A DNA stretch of 64,000 nt from a virus. Each line of letters starts with the position of its first letter. Within the stretch, counting starts at the first letter, position 1. Of this stretch, positions 1 through 10,643 are shown one piece after another. Location: IMG/VR virus record IMGVR_UViG_3300008952_002488, positions 32,001 to 96,000 of that record; one strand, written 5' to 3'. The notes beneath the pieces are model-generated. The model was not told where the DNA came from, made no database searches, and saw only the letters and a program-made list of their open reading frames with translations. The translations under genes were made by a program, and so were the position numbers.

Positions 1-2664
1 GAGCAACTCAAGAAGGCTAACAACGCCCTTGATGAAAACGCTCGTAAGCAAGAAAAAGTCAAAGCCGCAAGCGAGGGGACGACGCTCATCATCCAAGGCA
101 TGTCTAGTGCTTTAGCTGCTGCCAACATGAGTGCTGCTGACTTTAGCGGTGGCATCGGCAGCATGACCTCCAAGATTGCCGAGATGGGTAAGAAGTTTAA
201 TGAGTCCAGCATAGCTATCCAGAAAAATACTGGTCTAGGAGAGCAAGCAAAAGAGCAGATGAAAGAACAAGTCGCCGCCGGTCGTGATTTGGGCATCACC
301 AACGAGATGATGGGCAGCACCATGGTTGGTCTAAACACTCAGATGAGCAACTTTCATCGCCTGACAAAAGAGCAACAGGATGCCACCATTGGACTAACCA
401 ATACGATGAGCCAGCTTGGTGTTGACGCTGCCACTACAGGGCGTAACATGGACATCCTTCAACAAGGCATGGGTTTAAGCCGAGACGAAGCGCAAGCCGC
501 CGTTGAAGATTTTGCACAACTTGCAGAAGGGATGGGATTGCCAACAGCAACCTTAATGGAAGGCTTCAAGGAGCTAGGCCCCGAGTTGTCAAGGTTCGGA
601 AAAGATGGCAAAAAAGAATTTGAGAAATTAGCAAAACAATCCAGGGCTCTTGGTATCTCCACTAAGGCTGCTTTTGACATTGGAGAAGCTTTTGACACGT
701 TCGAGGGTGCGGCAGACATGGCTGGAAAGCTTAATGCTCAGTTGGGACTCCAGATCAATTCTGTTGAGATGTTAAAGGGCACGCACAGCGAGCGAATCCA
801 ATTGCTCCAACAGGAATTCCGTAGCAGCGGTACGAGTTTTGACAAGATGCATCGCCGCCAACAACAGGCTGTTGCTGAGATGATGGGTGTTGACGTAGAT
901 GTGGCTAGAAAGATGTTCGGTGATCCGGCAGCCTATAAGCAATATCAAAAAGACCAAGAAGAGGCGAAAGCTCGTGCCGAAAGATTAACAACCATAAACG
1001 AAAAGTTAGCCTCAGTGGCAGATCGCCTATTAAATGCCTTCGGTCCTCTTGGCGAAATCTTGATGGGCTTTGTTTTGATCTTGTCCAACCCCATTATTGC
1101 TACTGCCATAATAACATTCACGACCTTGGCTGGAGTTTGGAAAACACTAAAGTTTGCAATGATCGCCGCCGCCGCTGCTAAAAACTTGTGGATAGTAGCA
1201 ACGACCAGTGGTAATATCATCACCGCCATGGCCACTAAATTGAGAATACTATACACCGACGCATTAATAAAAGAAACTGTTGCTGAAGAGATGTCAGAGA
1301 CACAAAAGAAGAAGGGCATTGTCACCGATAACGTTGCAAGAAAAGGTATCTTTGCTTCGACTGCGGCGACCTTGAAGAATACTGGCGCTAAGATTGCGAA
1401 CACTGTGAAAGGAATCATACCTGGCACAATCGCTTTAGGCAAAAACACTGCTGCCAGGGTAGTCAACGCCACAAAAGGAATTGTGGTTGGCACCGGAGCG
1501 TTGGTCGCAAACTCAGCAGCATGGCTTTTTAATAAAGCTCAGGTTGTTGCCGGCACTGCTGCTGAATGGACAGCACTTATAGCCAAAAAGGCATTGGCAG
1601 CAGCTACTTGGTTTTTGACTGGAGCCTTCTGGGGTCAGTCTACTTCGCAAGGTGCCGTCGCAACAACATCACTACCTGCCGCTACTGGAACAGGTATGAT
1701 GGGCATTGCCTCCGCCGCCGCAGTAGTACCTGTTGGGGCGCTTGCTATAGCACTTGGGCTATTGGCTATTGGACTTGGTTTGGTGGTAGTCGGCATAGGG
1801 ATAATCGTAATTGGGTTTGCCATGTTGGTCCAAGCAGCGGTTGACTTTGCGGTAGCGATGGACCCAGAAAAGCTTTTCTTGATGACGGCGGGATTAGTCA
1901 TGATGGCAACAGCCCTGTCACTTATGGCGATAGGTTTTGCAGCCGTGATGGTGACCGCCGCCCCCGCAGCCGTTTCTCTCGGAGCGTTTGCCTTCGCCGC
2001 ATTCCTTGCTGCCGGAACGCTCGCCGGACTTGGGGCGTCTATGATGCTGGCTGGATTAGGCACACAGATGGCGGCAAAAGGCTTCGTCTTGATGAAGGTG
2101 GGACTAGAGGCTATAGACAGGACATTAATACAGGGAATTGCGGAAGATATTGGGCTAATGGCGAAGAATTCTATCATGGCTGCAATGGCTTTCCCGCTCA
2201 TGACAGTTGGGCTTATGGCTCTAGGCGGAGTTGCCGTCTTGGCAACCCTTCCGATAAAGGCTCTTGGGATGGCTTTGATGTTAGTCGGCATAGCAATCTT
2301 GATGGCTACGGCTGGACTATCAAATCTCGTACAGAGTTTTGCTGATCTTGGCGATGCCCAAGAAGGCTTGGAGGCAATGTCCAAGGTTATTGAGGTTAGT
2401 ACGAAGATGGACTCTGGCGCTCTGAAAAACCTAGATGCGGTTTCGAAAAAAATAATAGAGGTTTCTACACAGATATCGGCAGGCAGTTCGGAAAACCTAG
2501 ATTCTATGGCCAAGATACTTAGTGGACAGGCAGGCGGCGACGGTGCAGCCGCAAGTCCGCAAAAAATAATATTAGAAATAGACAAAGAGAAGATCGCAGA
2601 AATCCTTACTGGTGATATATCAAAGTTACAGAATGAAAGAAATCCTGTGGTAGGATATAGATAA
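1..2664 (+). CDS. Tail tape measure protein (5' truncated by window edge)
   Basis: Frame is open from base 1, upstream of the ORF-track ATG at 100. Long Ala/Gly/Met-rich helical protein with hydrophobic repeats, followed by baseplate-type genes. Confidence 0.85.
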   Translation, partial: EQLKKANNALDENARKQEKVKAASEGTTLIIQGMSSALAAANMSAADFSGGIGSMTSKIAEMGKKFNESSIAIQKNTGLGEQAKEQMKEQVAAGRDLGITNEMMGSTMVGLNTQMSNFHRLTKEQQDATIGLTNTMSQLGVDAATTGRNMDILQQGMGLSRDEAQAAVEDFAQLAEGMGLPTATLMEGFKELGPELSRFGKDGKKEFEKLAKQSRALGISTKAAFDIGEAFDTFEGAADMAGKLNAQLGLQINSVEMLKGTHSERIQLLQQEFRSSGTSFDKMHRRQQQAVAEMMGVDVDVARKMFGDPAAYKQYQKDQEEAKARAERLTTINEKLASVADRLLNAFGPLGEILMGFVLILSNPIIATAIITFTTLAGVWKTLKFAMIAAAAAKNLWIVATTSGNIITAMATKLRILYTDALIKETVAEEMSETQKKKGIVTDNVARKGIFASTAATLKNTGAKIANTVKGIIPGTIALGKNTAARVVNATKGIVVGTGALVANSAAWLFNKAQVVAGTAAEWTALIAKKALAAATWFLTGAFWGQSTSQGAVATTSLPAATGTGMMGIASAAAVVPVGALAIALGLLAIGLGLVVVGIGIIVIGFAMLVQAAVDFAVAMDPEKLFLMTAGLVMMATALSLMAIGFAAVMVTAAPAAVSLGAFAFAAFLAAGTLAGLGASMMLAGLGTQMAAKGFVLMKVGLEAIDRTLIQGIAEDIGLMAKNSIMAAMAFPLMTVGLMALGGVAVLATLPIKALGMALMLVGIAILMATAGLSNLVQSFADLGDAQEGLEAMSKVIEVSTKMDSGALKNLDAVSKKIIEVSTQISAGSSENLDSMAKILSGQAGGDGAAASPQKIILEIDKEKIAEILTGDISKLQNERNPVVGYR

Positions 2665-2679
2665 TCTAGGAGATAGAAA

Positions 2680-3552
2680 ATGGCTGGACCGTTTAATAAA
2701 GACAGGTTAAAAAAAGGAAGAACAAAATCAACTTCCGCAACTGAAATAGAAGCGCATCTTTGGAGCGAGGGGCATATTCTGGAAATCGAGCATGTACCGA
2801 CAACGTACAAAGTAAAGTTTCCAGCCTACCTACAAAACTTTAGCGATGCTTATACCCAATCTTGGAATGCTGAAGATGCTTACGGACGCATGGACCCAAT
2901 CGCCGTGTTTCAAAATACTCGCAGGGCGATAGCTATGTCTTGGCATGTGCCAGCGTCTGACTTCGACCAGGCAAAGGAAAACCTAGATGTGATCAATCTC
3001 TTGATGAGCTTTATGTACCCTGTTTATAGCGCAGGAAAGCAAGGAGGAGACAAACCTGAAAATTGTATTAACCAGGGCGCTGTCCTTAATATGGGTCCGC
3101 TAGTGAGGGTCAAGTTTGGAAACCTAATATCAAACGCACAAGACCCAACCAAGGGATTGATGGGGTACGTTAACGGTTTCACAGTGGATATCAATACTGA
3201 TGAGGGAATTTTTCACGACTATCCCGATAATCACTTTAAAGATGAAAAGACGGGAGCGCAGTTAGAGAGGGGTGGTGGCGGAGATAGCAGGTCGTATTAT
3301 CCAAAGTCTATCACTCTTAATTTTGAATTGAATGTTTTGCACGAACATCCCATGGGGTGGGTAAAGAAAGACAATGATTATGTCTGGAGAGGGGGCATCA
3401 AAGGCTTCCCCTACAGAACAGATAATCCAGTTCCATCCTTTAGTAATCCAAGCGCCTTGGCAGCGGAGAATCCTGCGCCGAGAACAGAGACAAACCAAAA
3501 GAAAAAACCACAAGAGCGAGCAAAAAGTAAACGAGCTTTATCTAAGTCGTAA
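2680..3552 (+). CDS. Tail tube initiator / baseplate tail-tube-fold protein
   Basis: F.D.Y...W....YGRMDPI..FQNT.R.I pattern, PLVRVKFGNL and P.SI.LNFELNVLH motifs; position after the tape measure gene; SD GGAG. Confidence 0.65.
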   Translation: MAGPFNKDRLKKGRTKSTSATEIEAHLWSEGHILEIEHVPTTYKVKFPAYLQNFSDAYTQSWNAEDAYGRMDPIAVFQNTRRAIAMSWHVPASDFDQAKENLDVINLLMSFMYPVYSAGKQGGDKPENCINQGAVLNMGPLVRVKFGNLISNAQDPTKGLMGYVNGFTVDINTDEGIFHDYPDNHFKDEKTGAQLERGGGGDSRSYYPKSITLNFELNVLHEHPMGWVKKDNDYVWRGGIKGFPYRTDNPVPSFSNPSALAAENPAPRTETNQKKKPQERAKSKRALSKS

Positions 3553-3572
3553 AGCACGGAGAATAGACAACG

Positions 3573-3932
3573 ATGGCAATATCTAGATATGATGGAAGAG
3601 GGTTGATGACCAATGATGACCTTGGGTATCGAAAGGTATTTTTTGACGACAGGGATATTCAACAGATAATACAATACAAAACAGCTAGATTTTATTTTCC
3701 CACAGACGAGGAAATGTCCGGAATATCTTTCTATACAACAACTTGGGGTGTCACAGACAAACTTTACAATATAGCCGCCAACGTTTACGGCGCACCAGAA
3801 TTATGGTGGCTTATAGCGTGGTTCAATCAGAAACCAACAGAGGCGCACTTTAGGACAGGAGATGTTGTTTATATCCCCCAGGACGCCGTACAAATTTTAA
3901 TGTTTTTTAGACGAGCTTCCGGATTGGATTAG
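3573..3932 (+). CDS. LysM-like baseplate/tail X protein
   Basis: DKLYNIAANVYGAPELWWLIAWFN...GDVVYIP is a LysM/GpX pattern. Confidence 0.75.
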   Translation: MAISRYDGRGLMTNDDLGYRKVFFDDRDIQQIIQYKTARFYFPTDEEMSGISFYTTTWGVTDKLYNIAANVYGAPELWWLIAWFNQKPTEAHFRTGDVVYIPQDAVQILMFFRRASGLD

Positions 3933-3936
3933 CCCA

Positions 3937-6453
3937 ATGTCAGAAAAGAAAGAGGCTACACCAGAAGAGAAGGTTGCGCTAAGGCAGGCAAACGTCCAAA
4001 CTATTCTGCTTAAAGAGATACTCAAGGTCCACGAAAAATATAAAGATAAATCATATCAAGAAATTATATCGTACAAAGATGCGCCCAGTGCGCTCGTGTC
4101 GAGCATTAGTAACCCTGAAGATGCCAGTTGTTTTTTGGCAGGAACCAGCGCACAACTCAGTGTTTTGACTCCAACAATAAGTTTTTGGTGGGTAAAGGGA
4201 ACGGAAAAACACGAGTTCATGTTCAGCGACCATGTATCGGGCAAGAAGATGCTCGACCTGGCCAAGTCCCGTGTTGCCGGGGAATCCATTACTATAAAAG
4301 GTAGAGACACTATCGGCACGGATGTTGGCATACAGGAGTTTACTTGGATGTTTGACAACAAACACAGCGGCGACAAGACGCTGAAAGCGAGTGTCTCCAT
4401 ATACTTTGGATCCGTCAGGGAGTTGTTGAATGAAAAATTCTTACGTTTTATTTTTACGCAAAACACTATCGAAGAAAATTTAAAACAGATAAGGGATAAA
4501 GATAAGGACGAGCCGGCAGGAGCCAAAGTGAAAGCCCATAAAGAGTTGGATCTTCGCATAAGAAAAATGAAGGGTATGAGAGCCCCTGGAGATGCGTTGC
4601 ACGGAACAACCCAAGATGAACAAGCAAACTATACCCAGATAAAAGCTGTAGTTGGGTGGTCCATTCCCGATACTATGGTAGATAATTCTCTTATATCTGA
4701 AGAATTTAAGAAATCCATTGCATCAACACAGAAAACTATCATGCTTAATTTTACGAAGTACAATTTGACTTTTGGAGAACAGGGGCAGGTTAATTTAAAG
4801 ATAGAATACGTTGGCTCCCTTGATGCGGTTATGGTTGACGATGAAAAATCAGATATTTTTGCAGGAATTTTAAAAGGGGGTGCCAAAACCTCTAAAAATG
4901 GCATGACAGCAATACCCCTCGCAATTAGCTACAAATCAGACTGGTTCTTCGGTTCCCAACCAGAAAACAAGCTTATTGACGACGCCCATCCAGAGGGATT
5001 GCTGGCTAAACTCATCAAAAGAGGCGGAGCGACAGATGAGTATACGGGCGCTGATGGCTTTAGGTATTGTATACCGATGGCAAGATATGAAAGAGAAACT
5101 TGGAGGATGGCAAAAGAATATATCCGAACATATGAGGATCCGAAATCACCCGATAACAAGAAAAAAATAGAAGAGTATGATACCGGCATCAAAGCAGTTG
5201 ACATTGCTGAGTCAATGGTTATGGCAAGGGTAGCAAGGCAAAAACACGAGGCATTTTTAAATGCCATTTACGACTCTGGCGAGTTGAAGGTTGCCCAGGT
5301 GTCAAACAACGTCTTCGACAAAGAAGAAAAAAAAGGTGGGAAAAAGAGCGCATTTAAGTTCAAAATTCTCGGAAAGGATAAGGGGGCATCCAAAGGCGTG
5401 AGAGGAATTTGGAAAGATAGCGCCAGACAAAATGCTATACACGCAGCCAAGGAGAAAAGCGGGCATAACAAAGCAACGGGAACGCTCGGCATGGGCAGTG
5501 ACGCCACCGACCCAGCAGCCATAGATCCCGAGTCCACCGGCACCGAGGACAGCGACTCAGGAAAGATTAATATTTATTACTTTTCGGTGGGGGACCTTAT
5601 AGACATCGCATTAAAGACTAATACATTTATAAAGAGTCCAACACTGGACGCAAGAATTATGTTAGGTAGCTTTAATGCAGGGGAGGCTGGCATTGTGGGG
5701 GGTGAAAACATAGATATCCCGATAGCCCAGGTTCCTTTAAATGTGGAATGGTTCTCTCAATGGTTTACAGATAATTTTATAAATGCCGATCCTCCCAGAT
5801 TCCAAATGAGCCTAAGAGAATTTATAAACAAAGTTTTAGAACAACTTGTAGCTCCCGTGATGAACGACGCTTATAGTACTCCACAAACTACAGCCAGAAT
5901 AAACTTCTCGATGACTACAGCGTCTTTCCCCAAAGCCGGCGGCACGATTGCTCGGGGTTCGACTATCGGCGAAAGTAAAATAAAACAGGTGGCAAAGTCA
6001 ACAAAGACGTCACTGGTAGATGCATTGCTGCCCGAAGTACATTATTTTATCGCTTTCGCAACAATAAGAGACAGAAAGACCTTGAGGGGAGACTACAAGG
6101 TTGATGTAAAAAAGGGGATCTATCATTTGTTCCTTGGTGTCGAAAGGGGTCTTGTAAAGAAATTTAGCTTTACAGAAAAAAAGATGCCCCATATCCGGGC
6201 AATGCACATTGAAAACAACTCTCCCGGTTCAGCACTCATACTTCCGCAAGATGTTGAGTTGACCATGGTGGGAAATACTTTTTTCAGGAACGGTAATTTA
6301 GTGTACATTGATGCTGATTTTGCACTGGGACAAAGTGTCGCCAGCAAGCTTGGCATAGGTGGTTATTATTTGGTAGTTAAATCGGAGAATGTAATAAACC
6401 CGTCAAAGTTTGAAACAAAATTAACTTGCATGTTCCAACAAGGTCCGTCGTAA
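3937..6453 (+). CDS. Baseplate hub-like protein
   Basis: C-terminal ELTMVGNTFFRNGNLVYID...GGYYLVVKSENVI...FETKL resembles gp27/GpD hub termini; synteny. Confidence 0.6.
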   Translation: MSEKKEATPEEKVALRQANVQTILLKEILKVHEKYKDKSYQEIISYKDAPSALVSSISNPEDASCFLAGTSAQLSVLTPTISFWWVKGTEKHEFMFSDHVSGKKMLDLAKSRVAGESITIKGRDTIGTDVGIQEFTWMFDNKHSGDKTLKASVSIYFGSVRELLNEKFLRFIFTQNTIEENLKQIRDKDKDEPAGAKVKAHKELDLRIRKMKGMRAPGDALHGTTQDEQANYTQIKAVVGWSIPDTMVDNSLISEEFKKSIASTQKTIMLNFTKYNLTFGEQGQVNLKIEYVGSLDAVMVDDEKSDIFAGILKGGAKTSKNGMTAIPLAISYKSDWFFGSQPENKLIDDAHPEGLLAKLIKRGGATDEYTGADGFRYCIPMARYERETWRMAKEYIRTYEDPKSPDNKKKIEEYDTGIKAVDIAESMVMARVARQKHEAFLNAIYDSGELKVAQVSNNVFDKEEKKGGKKSAFKFKILGKDKGASKGVRGIWKDSARQNAIHAAKEKSGHNKATGTLGMGSDATDPAAIDPESTGTEDSDSGKINIYYFSVGDLIDIALKTNTFIKSPTLDARIMLGSFNAGEAGIVGGENIDIPIAQVPLNVEWFSQWFTDNFINADPPRFQMSLREFINKVLEQLVAPVMNDAYSTPQTTARINFSMTTASFPKAGGTIARGSTIGESKIKQVAKSTKTSLVDALLPEVHYFIAFATIRDRKTLRGDYKVDVKKGIYHLFLGVERGLVKKFSFTEKKMPHIRAMHIENNSPGSALILPQDVELTMVGNTFFRNGNLVYIDADFALGQSVASKLGIGGYYLVVKSENVINPSKFETKLTCMFQQGPS

Positions 6454-6484
6454 GCCTAGATAATTATTATAGGAGTCTTTACTT

Positions 6485-7927
6485 ATGTCACAATCAAGAA
6501 GGCCAGATCCTGACTTTTTTCCTGAGCTTTACAGTTATGCCGATAACGGTACTCCAAGTGCGTGGACCCACACAGAAAGAAAAACATACAGAGACTCAAT
6601 AGTACCAACTATTGGACCAAAGCTGCGATACAATTTTTGGGGTGAAGACAGGTACCTCGGAAGAGTAAACAACAAAGGATATGCAATCAGGGTAAACGAA
6701 CAATCTCTTAAACCTCTCAGATATACAGCGGAGGGAAAAACTTTGTTCGCTTTAAATTTTGTGGCTGATGCATGGCGAGATTTTATGGACAGGGTTACTG
6801 ATCTTGCAGACAGAGGGATTTTAAATCCGTCTGGTCCATATATGGCACCCAAAGCAACTAAGGCATTTACAAGTATTACTTCTGAATATCACAATTACAT
6901 GGTGGACATGGTTTATCAATTTTTTGCGACAGAATATTTAAGTATATTTCCGTCGGAGGAAAGAGAAATTGTAGATTTGGACTCCTTCTTGGCTGTGTTT
7001 ACTGCTTATGCTGAAATGATAACTACAAAGACAGGCCCGATGAGTGTTGCTGGGTTTGTGGAGAGTAATCTTTGCTCACCTCTCAATAGCGGACTTGTTA
7101 TCGAAATAGCAGATGAGCGTCACGATGAGGATTTCACCAAATCGGCTCGTTATTTTATGGATGATAATTTTTCTGTGATAACAGCAATAGCTTCACAGTA
7201 CGGATTTGCAATTGATCAAAATGCTCCATGGAGATTTGTAGCGGACGTGCGGTCACCAGCCATGAGAGAATATATGTCAGGAGTCGAGCTTACCGTTTTC
7301 CCAGGTGACCCCAGAAACACAGAGGATGACTGTGGCAATCCAATAATCAGAACGGACTTTGCCTTTGACGATCCATATGGCTACTCACAGATACCAGGCT
7401 ATGCAAACCTTATCAGACATGCTCCAGGGTATTCAGAATTTTCTGGTGCTTTTGAGGCTAGGTCGATAGAAGACGTACACGATATCCTTTATAGTGGTGG
7501 CTTTATCGAATGTTGGCGAACAGACATGGACATTTTAAAAATATATTTGCTTGATTTTTACAACGCCATCGTTGTCAAGCACCCTTCGGTGGCGGTCCTC
7601 GCTGACAACGGCGAGTTGTGCCCTGTCTCCAAGATAGAGGTGATAAAAAGACTTCCCGCAAAAAATGAGGATTTTACAGATGACGGAAAATATGGTAATA
7701 GGTGGAATCTGAAATCTTATTATTTGCTCAGAAGGCTAGAGAGAAGACAAAAAGAAGAGACAAGAACAATCAGAGAAAATCTCAGAGAAGTCATGAATGT
7801 CTACAACTTTACCACCGGAGACTCCGATCTTAAATACATCTTTGCCATGGGACACCTCCAGGCTCAAATGATAGCACCCGTAATCAGAGGGAATTTTAAG
7901 ATGGGCGTTTTAGGTGATATAATATAA
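6485..7927 (+). CDS. Hypothetical protein, 480 aa
   Basis: Long ORF with SD GGAG; no recognised motif. Confidence 0.7.
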   Translation: MSQSRRPDPDFFPELYSYADNGTPSAWTHTERKTYRDSIVPTIGPKLRYNFWGEDRYLGRVNNKGYAIRVNEQSLKPLRYTAEGKTLFALNFVADAWRDFMDRVTDLADRGILNPSGPYMAPKATKAFTSITSEYHNYMVDMVYQFFATEYLSIFPSEEREIVDLDSFLAVFTAYAEMITTKTGPMSVAGFVESNLCSPLNSGLVIEIADERHDEDFTKSARYFMDDNFSVITAIASQYGFAIDQNAPWRFVADVRSPAMREYMSGVELTVFPGDPRNTEDDCGNPIIRTDFAFDDPYGYSQIPGYANLIRHAPGYSEFSGAFEARSIEDVHDILYSGGFIECWRTDMDILKIYLLDFYNAIVVKHPSVAVLADNGELCPVSKIEVIKRLPAKNEDFTDDGKYGNRWNLKSYYLLRRLERRQKEETRTIRENLREVMNVYNFTTGDSDLKYIFAMGHLQAQMIAPVIRGNFKMGVLGDII

Positions 7928-7951
7928 TAACCCTACCAGAAAGAGAAAGCT

Positions 7952-9172
7952 TTGCTATTTCAGACTCTAGACGATAAAGCCGAGTGTGTCGGAATTTATT
8001 GCGATGGCAACCTTATTTTCGAAAGAGAAGAATTCCCAGACAACATTTCCCAAACATGGAGGTATTCGTCGTACCTTCGTGGTATTGATAATATAGAATA
8101 TGCAAATCTGTATACACAAGGAAAAAAGATACACGAGGTAATACCAGAATATTTAAGAGAAGACTGGGAGGATGTTGCAGGTCGGCTCTTGTCTTTCGAG
8201 AGATCTCTAAGGATAGCCAAAGTTGATCGATCCGATAATTGTATCTACGACCTTACTCCGAGTCGATTTTTGATTGAGTTTTGCGAAGTTAAAAATGAGA
8301 TCACAAAGTACGTTCTAAAGAATCATAAACGCCCGAAAAGGTATGATTACCTACTGAGGGTGTGTCAGATGTTAGAAGATATATCTAACCGCCGATTAAA
8401 TATCAATAGAAAGCATTTACAGGCACACTTACGCTCCAAAAAAACTAAATCCATTGTTAAGCGACTGTTGGATACTGCCCCCTATATAAAATACAATCAA
8501 TTTGGCACGAAAACGGGCAGGCTAACAACAAGGACAGACTCTTTCCCGATTCTTACCCTGAAGAAAAGTTTGAGGACAGCCATCGAGCCCACAAATGATT
8601 ATTTTGTGGAGCTAGATTTTAATGGCGCAGAGGTTCGTGTACTCATGGGCATCTTGGGCATGGAGCAGCCCCCAGAAGATGTACACCAATTTCATAAAGA
8701 TGCTGTTTTTAAGGGATCGACAACCCGTGAGGCAGTTAAGACCGCTTTCTTCGCTTGGCTGTATGGATCTAAGTCTGCTGCGTCTAGCTCTGAAGGGGAA
8801 GCTCTTAGAAAGTTCTATGATAAAGAAAAGATATTAAGACAGTGCTGGGATGGAAAGAACGTCCGCACCCCCTTTGGAAAAGAGATTGGTGATGTAGATG
8901 AACATCATGCCCTGAATTATATCGTACAATCAGCAGCGGCTGACCTAACTCTTCTACAAGCTATGAAGATAGACTACCTTCTTCGAACCCAGGCAAGTAA
9001 GTCAACGTTGTCTTGCATTATTCATGATGCTATAGTTTTAGATTTTGCTAAAGAAGACGAACATTTGTTGCCAAAGATAAAAAGTCTAATGAGTTCTACC
9101 AAATTTGGCGAGTTCGGGATAAATATAAGTAGTGGAAATAATTTAGGAAATCTTAGGGAGTTTTCGGTTTAA
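7952..9172 (+). CDS. Minimal family A DNA polymerase-like protein (no recognisable exonuclease domain)
   Basis: TKTGRL, motif A ELDFNGAEVR, motif B REAVKTAFFAWLYG, ALNYIVQS, motif C IHDA; TTG start. Confidence 0.8.
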   Translation: MLFQTLDDKAECVGIYCDGNLIFEREEFPDNISQTWRYSSYLRGIDNIEYANLYTQGKKIHEVIPEYLREDWEDVAGRLLSFERSLRIAKVDRSDNCIYDLTPSRFLIEFCEVKNEITKYVLKNHKRPKRYDYLLRVCQMLEDISNRRLNINRKHLQAHLRSKKTKSIVKRLLDTAPYIKYNQFGTKTGRLTTRTDSFPILTLKKSLRTAIEPTNDYFVELDFNGAEVRVLMGILGMEQPPEDVHQFHKDAVFKGSTTREAVKTAFFAWLYGSKSAASSSEGEALRKFYDKEKILRQCWDGKNVRTPFGKEIGDVDEHHALNYIVQSAAADLTLLQAMKIDYLLRTQASKSTLSCIIHDAIVLDFAKEDEHLLPKIKSLMSSTKFGEFGINISSGNNLGNLREFSV

Positions 9173-9173
9173 G

Positions 9174-10028
9174 ATGGAAAAGGTAATAGGGCTTGGAAGA
9201 GTCGGGTGCGGTATCGCAGAGGAATTCACACAGTATCCGGAATACAAAATCTATAAGATAGGTGCAAACTTAGACCGACGGGGCAATCTTGTCCTTGACG
9301 AACAGCCCGACATCCAGGCTTATGAGAATAATTTTGACCTACTTGATGCTGAGGCATACCTAACGAATATTAAACCAGATGATGAGGTTCTTTTTGTTGT
9401 CGGCGGAGGCGAGCCCGTTTCTGGTATCAGTTTATCTCTTTTGGAAATAATAAAAGACGCAAAGATAACAATTTTGTACGTTTGTCCTGATCGGTCAGTT
9501 AGCTCGTTGATACAGAAAAGAGATGATAAGATTGTTTTTAACATCTTGCAAGAGTACAGCCGGAGCGGACTCTTTGAGAAGATGCTTCTTATAGACAGGT
9601 CTAGAGTTGAGGAGCTAGTTGGCGATGTGGCTGTTAGTGAGTATGAAAAAAGCGTATATCATTTCATAGCTTATCTGGTGGCAATGACAAATTACTTTGA
9701 TCACATCGACGCTGTTTTAACGAATAGGTTAGAGCCAAACAAGATCTCAAGAATTGGGACTTTTGGAGTCGCTTCGCTAGACAAGGAGGAAATCAAATAT
9801 ATATTTCCAGTCGAAGAAGAAGAGTATGCTCATTATTATTACGGCATACCGGAAAAAGATCTACAACAAGATAGCGAACTCATGCGGAAAATAAAAAGAC
9901 AAAACAAAGCGTTTACAAAAGAAAATGTCGATGGATATTTTTCAGTTTTCCCGACAACCTTAGATGCCGCCATAGTCCTCTGCATTTTCTATTCAAAAAG
10001 AATACAGTCGTTACCTCTGGAAGGGTGA
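9174..10028 (+). CDS. Degenerate tubulin/FtsZ-like GTPase-domain protein
   Basis: N-terminal VIGLGRVGCGIA; signature region VVGGGEPVSG versus canonical GGGTGSG. Confidence 0.6.
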   Translation: MEKVIGLGRVGCGIAEEFTQYPEYKIYKIGANLDRRGNLVLDEQPDIQAYENNFDLLDAEAYLTNIKPDDEVLFVVGGGEPVSGISLSLLEIIKDAKITILYVCPDRSVSSLIQKRDDKIVFNILQEYSRSGLFEKMLLIDRSRVEELVGDVAVSEYEKSVYHFIAYLVAMTNYFDHIDAVLTNRLEPNKISRIGTFGVASLDKEEIKYIFPVEEEEYAHYYYGIPEKDLQQDSELMRKIKRQNKAFTKENVDGYFSVFPTTLDAAIVLCIFYSKRIQSLPLEG

Positions 10029-10082
10029 TATTTATATTAAGCTCCGTGTGTTTAACAACCGTGGGCTGCGGAGACCAAATAT

Positions 10083-10520
10083 ATGACTAAGGCCCAACCT
10101 AGGGGCATCTTGTTAGCTTCTTTTTTAACAACTGACTCCGAGGAACAAATACTAGAAGAAGTTCAGTACATTGCTGATAATTTTCAGCTTACCAACAAGT
10201 ATATATTCCTGCTTAGAAACACGGAAGATCCTAATAAAAAGGTGTTGACATATAACGCTGTTATGCAGAAGGGTAAATTTTTAAACCAGCGTTTGTTTAC
10301 TATGAGGATTCACAGAAAGAAGTCCACGAACACGCTTTACACAATAAATGCTTTAAACCTAGCAGTTGCCAAGGATCACGACGGACAGACGGGTAAGCAT
10401 CTAAAGCTTGATTGGGAAAAATATTCCAACAGCATTCTTTTGGTGGTAGCAAAGGAACTGAATGTGCATCCGGTCGAAGTGTTGAAAATATTTAAAATAG
10501 AAGAACCCCCCCAAGAATAA
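10083..10520 (+). CDS. Hypothetical phage protein
   Basis: 145 aa ORF with SD GGAG; RIHRKKSTNTLYTINALN segment. Confidence 0.7.
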   Translation: MTKAQPRGILLASFLTTDSEEQILEEVQYIADNFQLTNKYIFLLRNTEDPNKKVLTYNAVMQKGKFLNQRLFTMRIHRKKSTNTLYTINALNLAVAKDHDGQTGKHLKLDWEKYSNSILLVVAKELNVHPVEVLKIFKIEEPPQE

Positions 10521-10560
10521 AAAACTTTACACAATCTAGAAGTGTGGTATATTTATTTTA

Positions 10561-10643
10561 GAAAGCAAGTGGCTGTGCGGTGCTTGCGATCTTGACTGCC
10601 TTCGGGAGTCACAAACAACCTTGCTTATAAAGGAGGAAACAAC
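10561..10643 (+). promoter_or_regulatory. Structured hsp20 5' leader (candidate RNA thermometer)
   Basis: Hairpins GCAAGT..GCTTGC and GACT-G-CC-TTCG-GG-AGTC, plus CCTT..AAGG that pairs with the SD. Confidence 0.5.

Noticed and set aside
1635-2810. Long minus-strand ORFs (also 23068-23766, 32583-33170, 42489-43070, 54094-55080)
   Set aside because: Antisense shadows of well-supported + strand genes; no SD or motifs; expected from codon bias.
9174-10028. Nucleus-forming phage (PhuZ/chimallin) interpretation
   Set aside because: The tubulin motif is degenerate, no chimallin or multisubunit RNA polymerase is seen, and promoters are host-sigma type.
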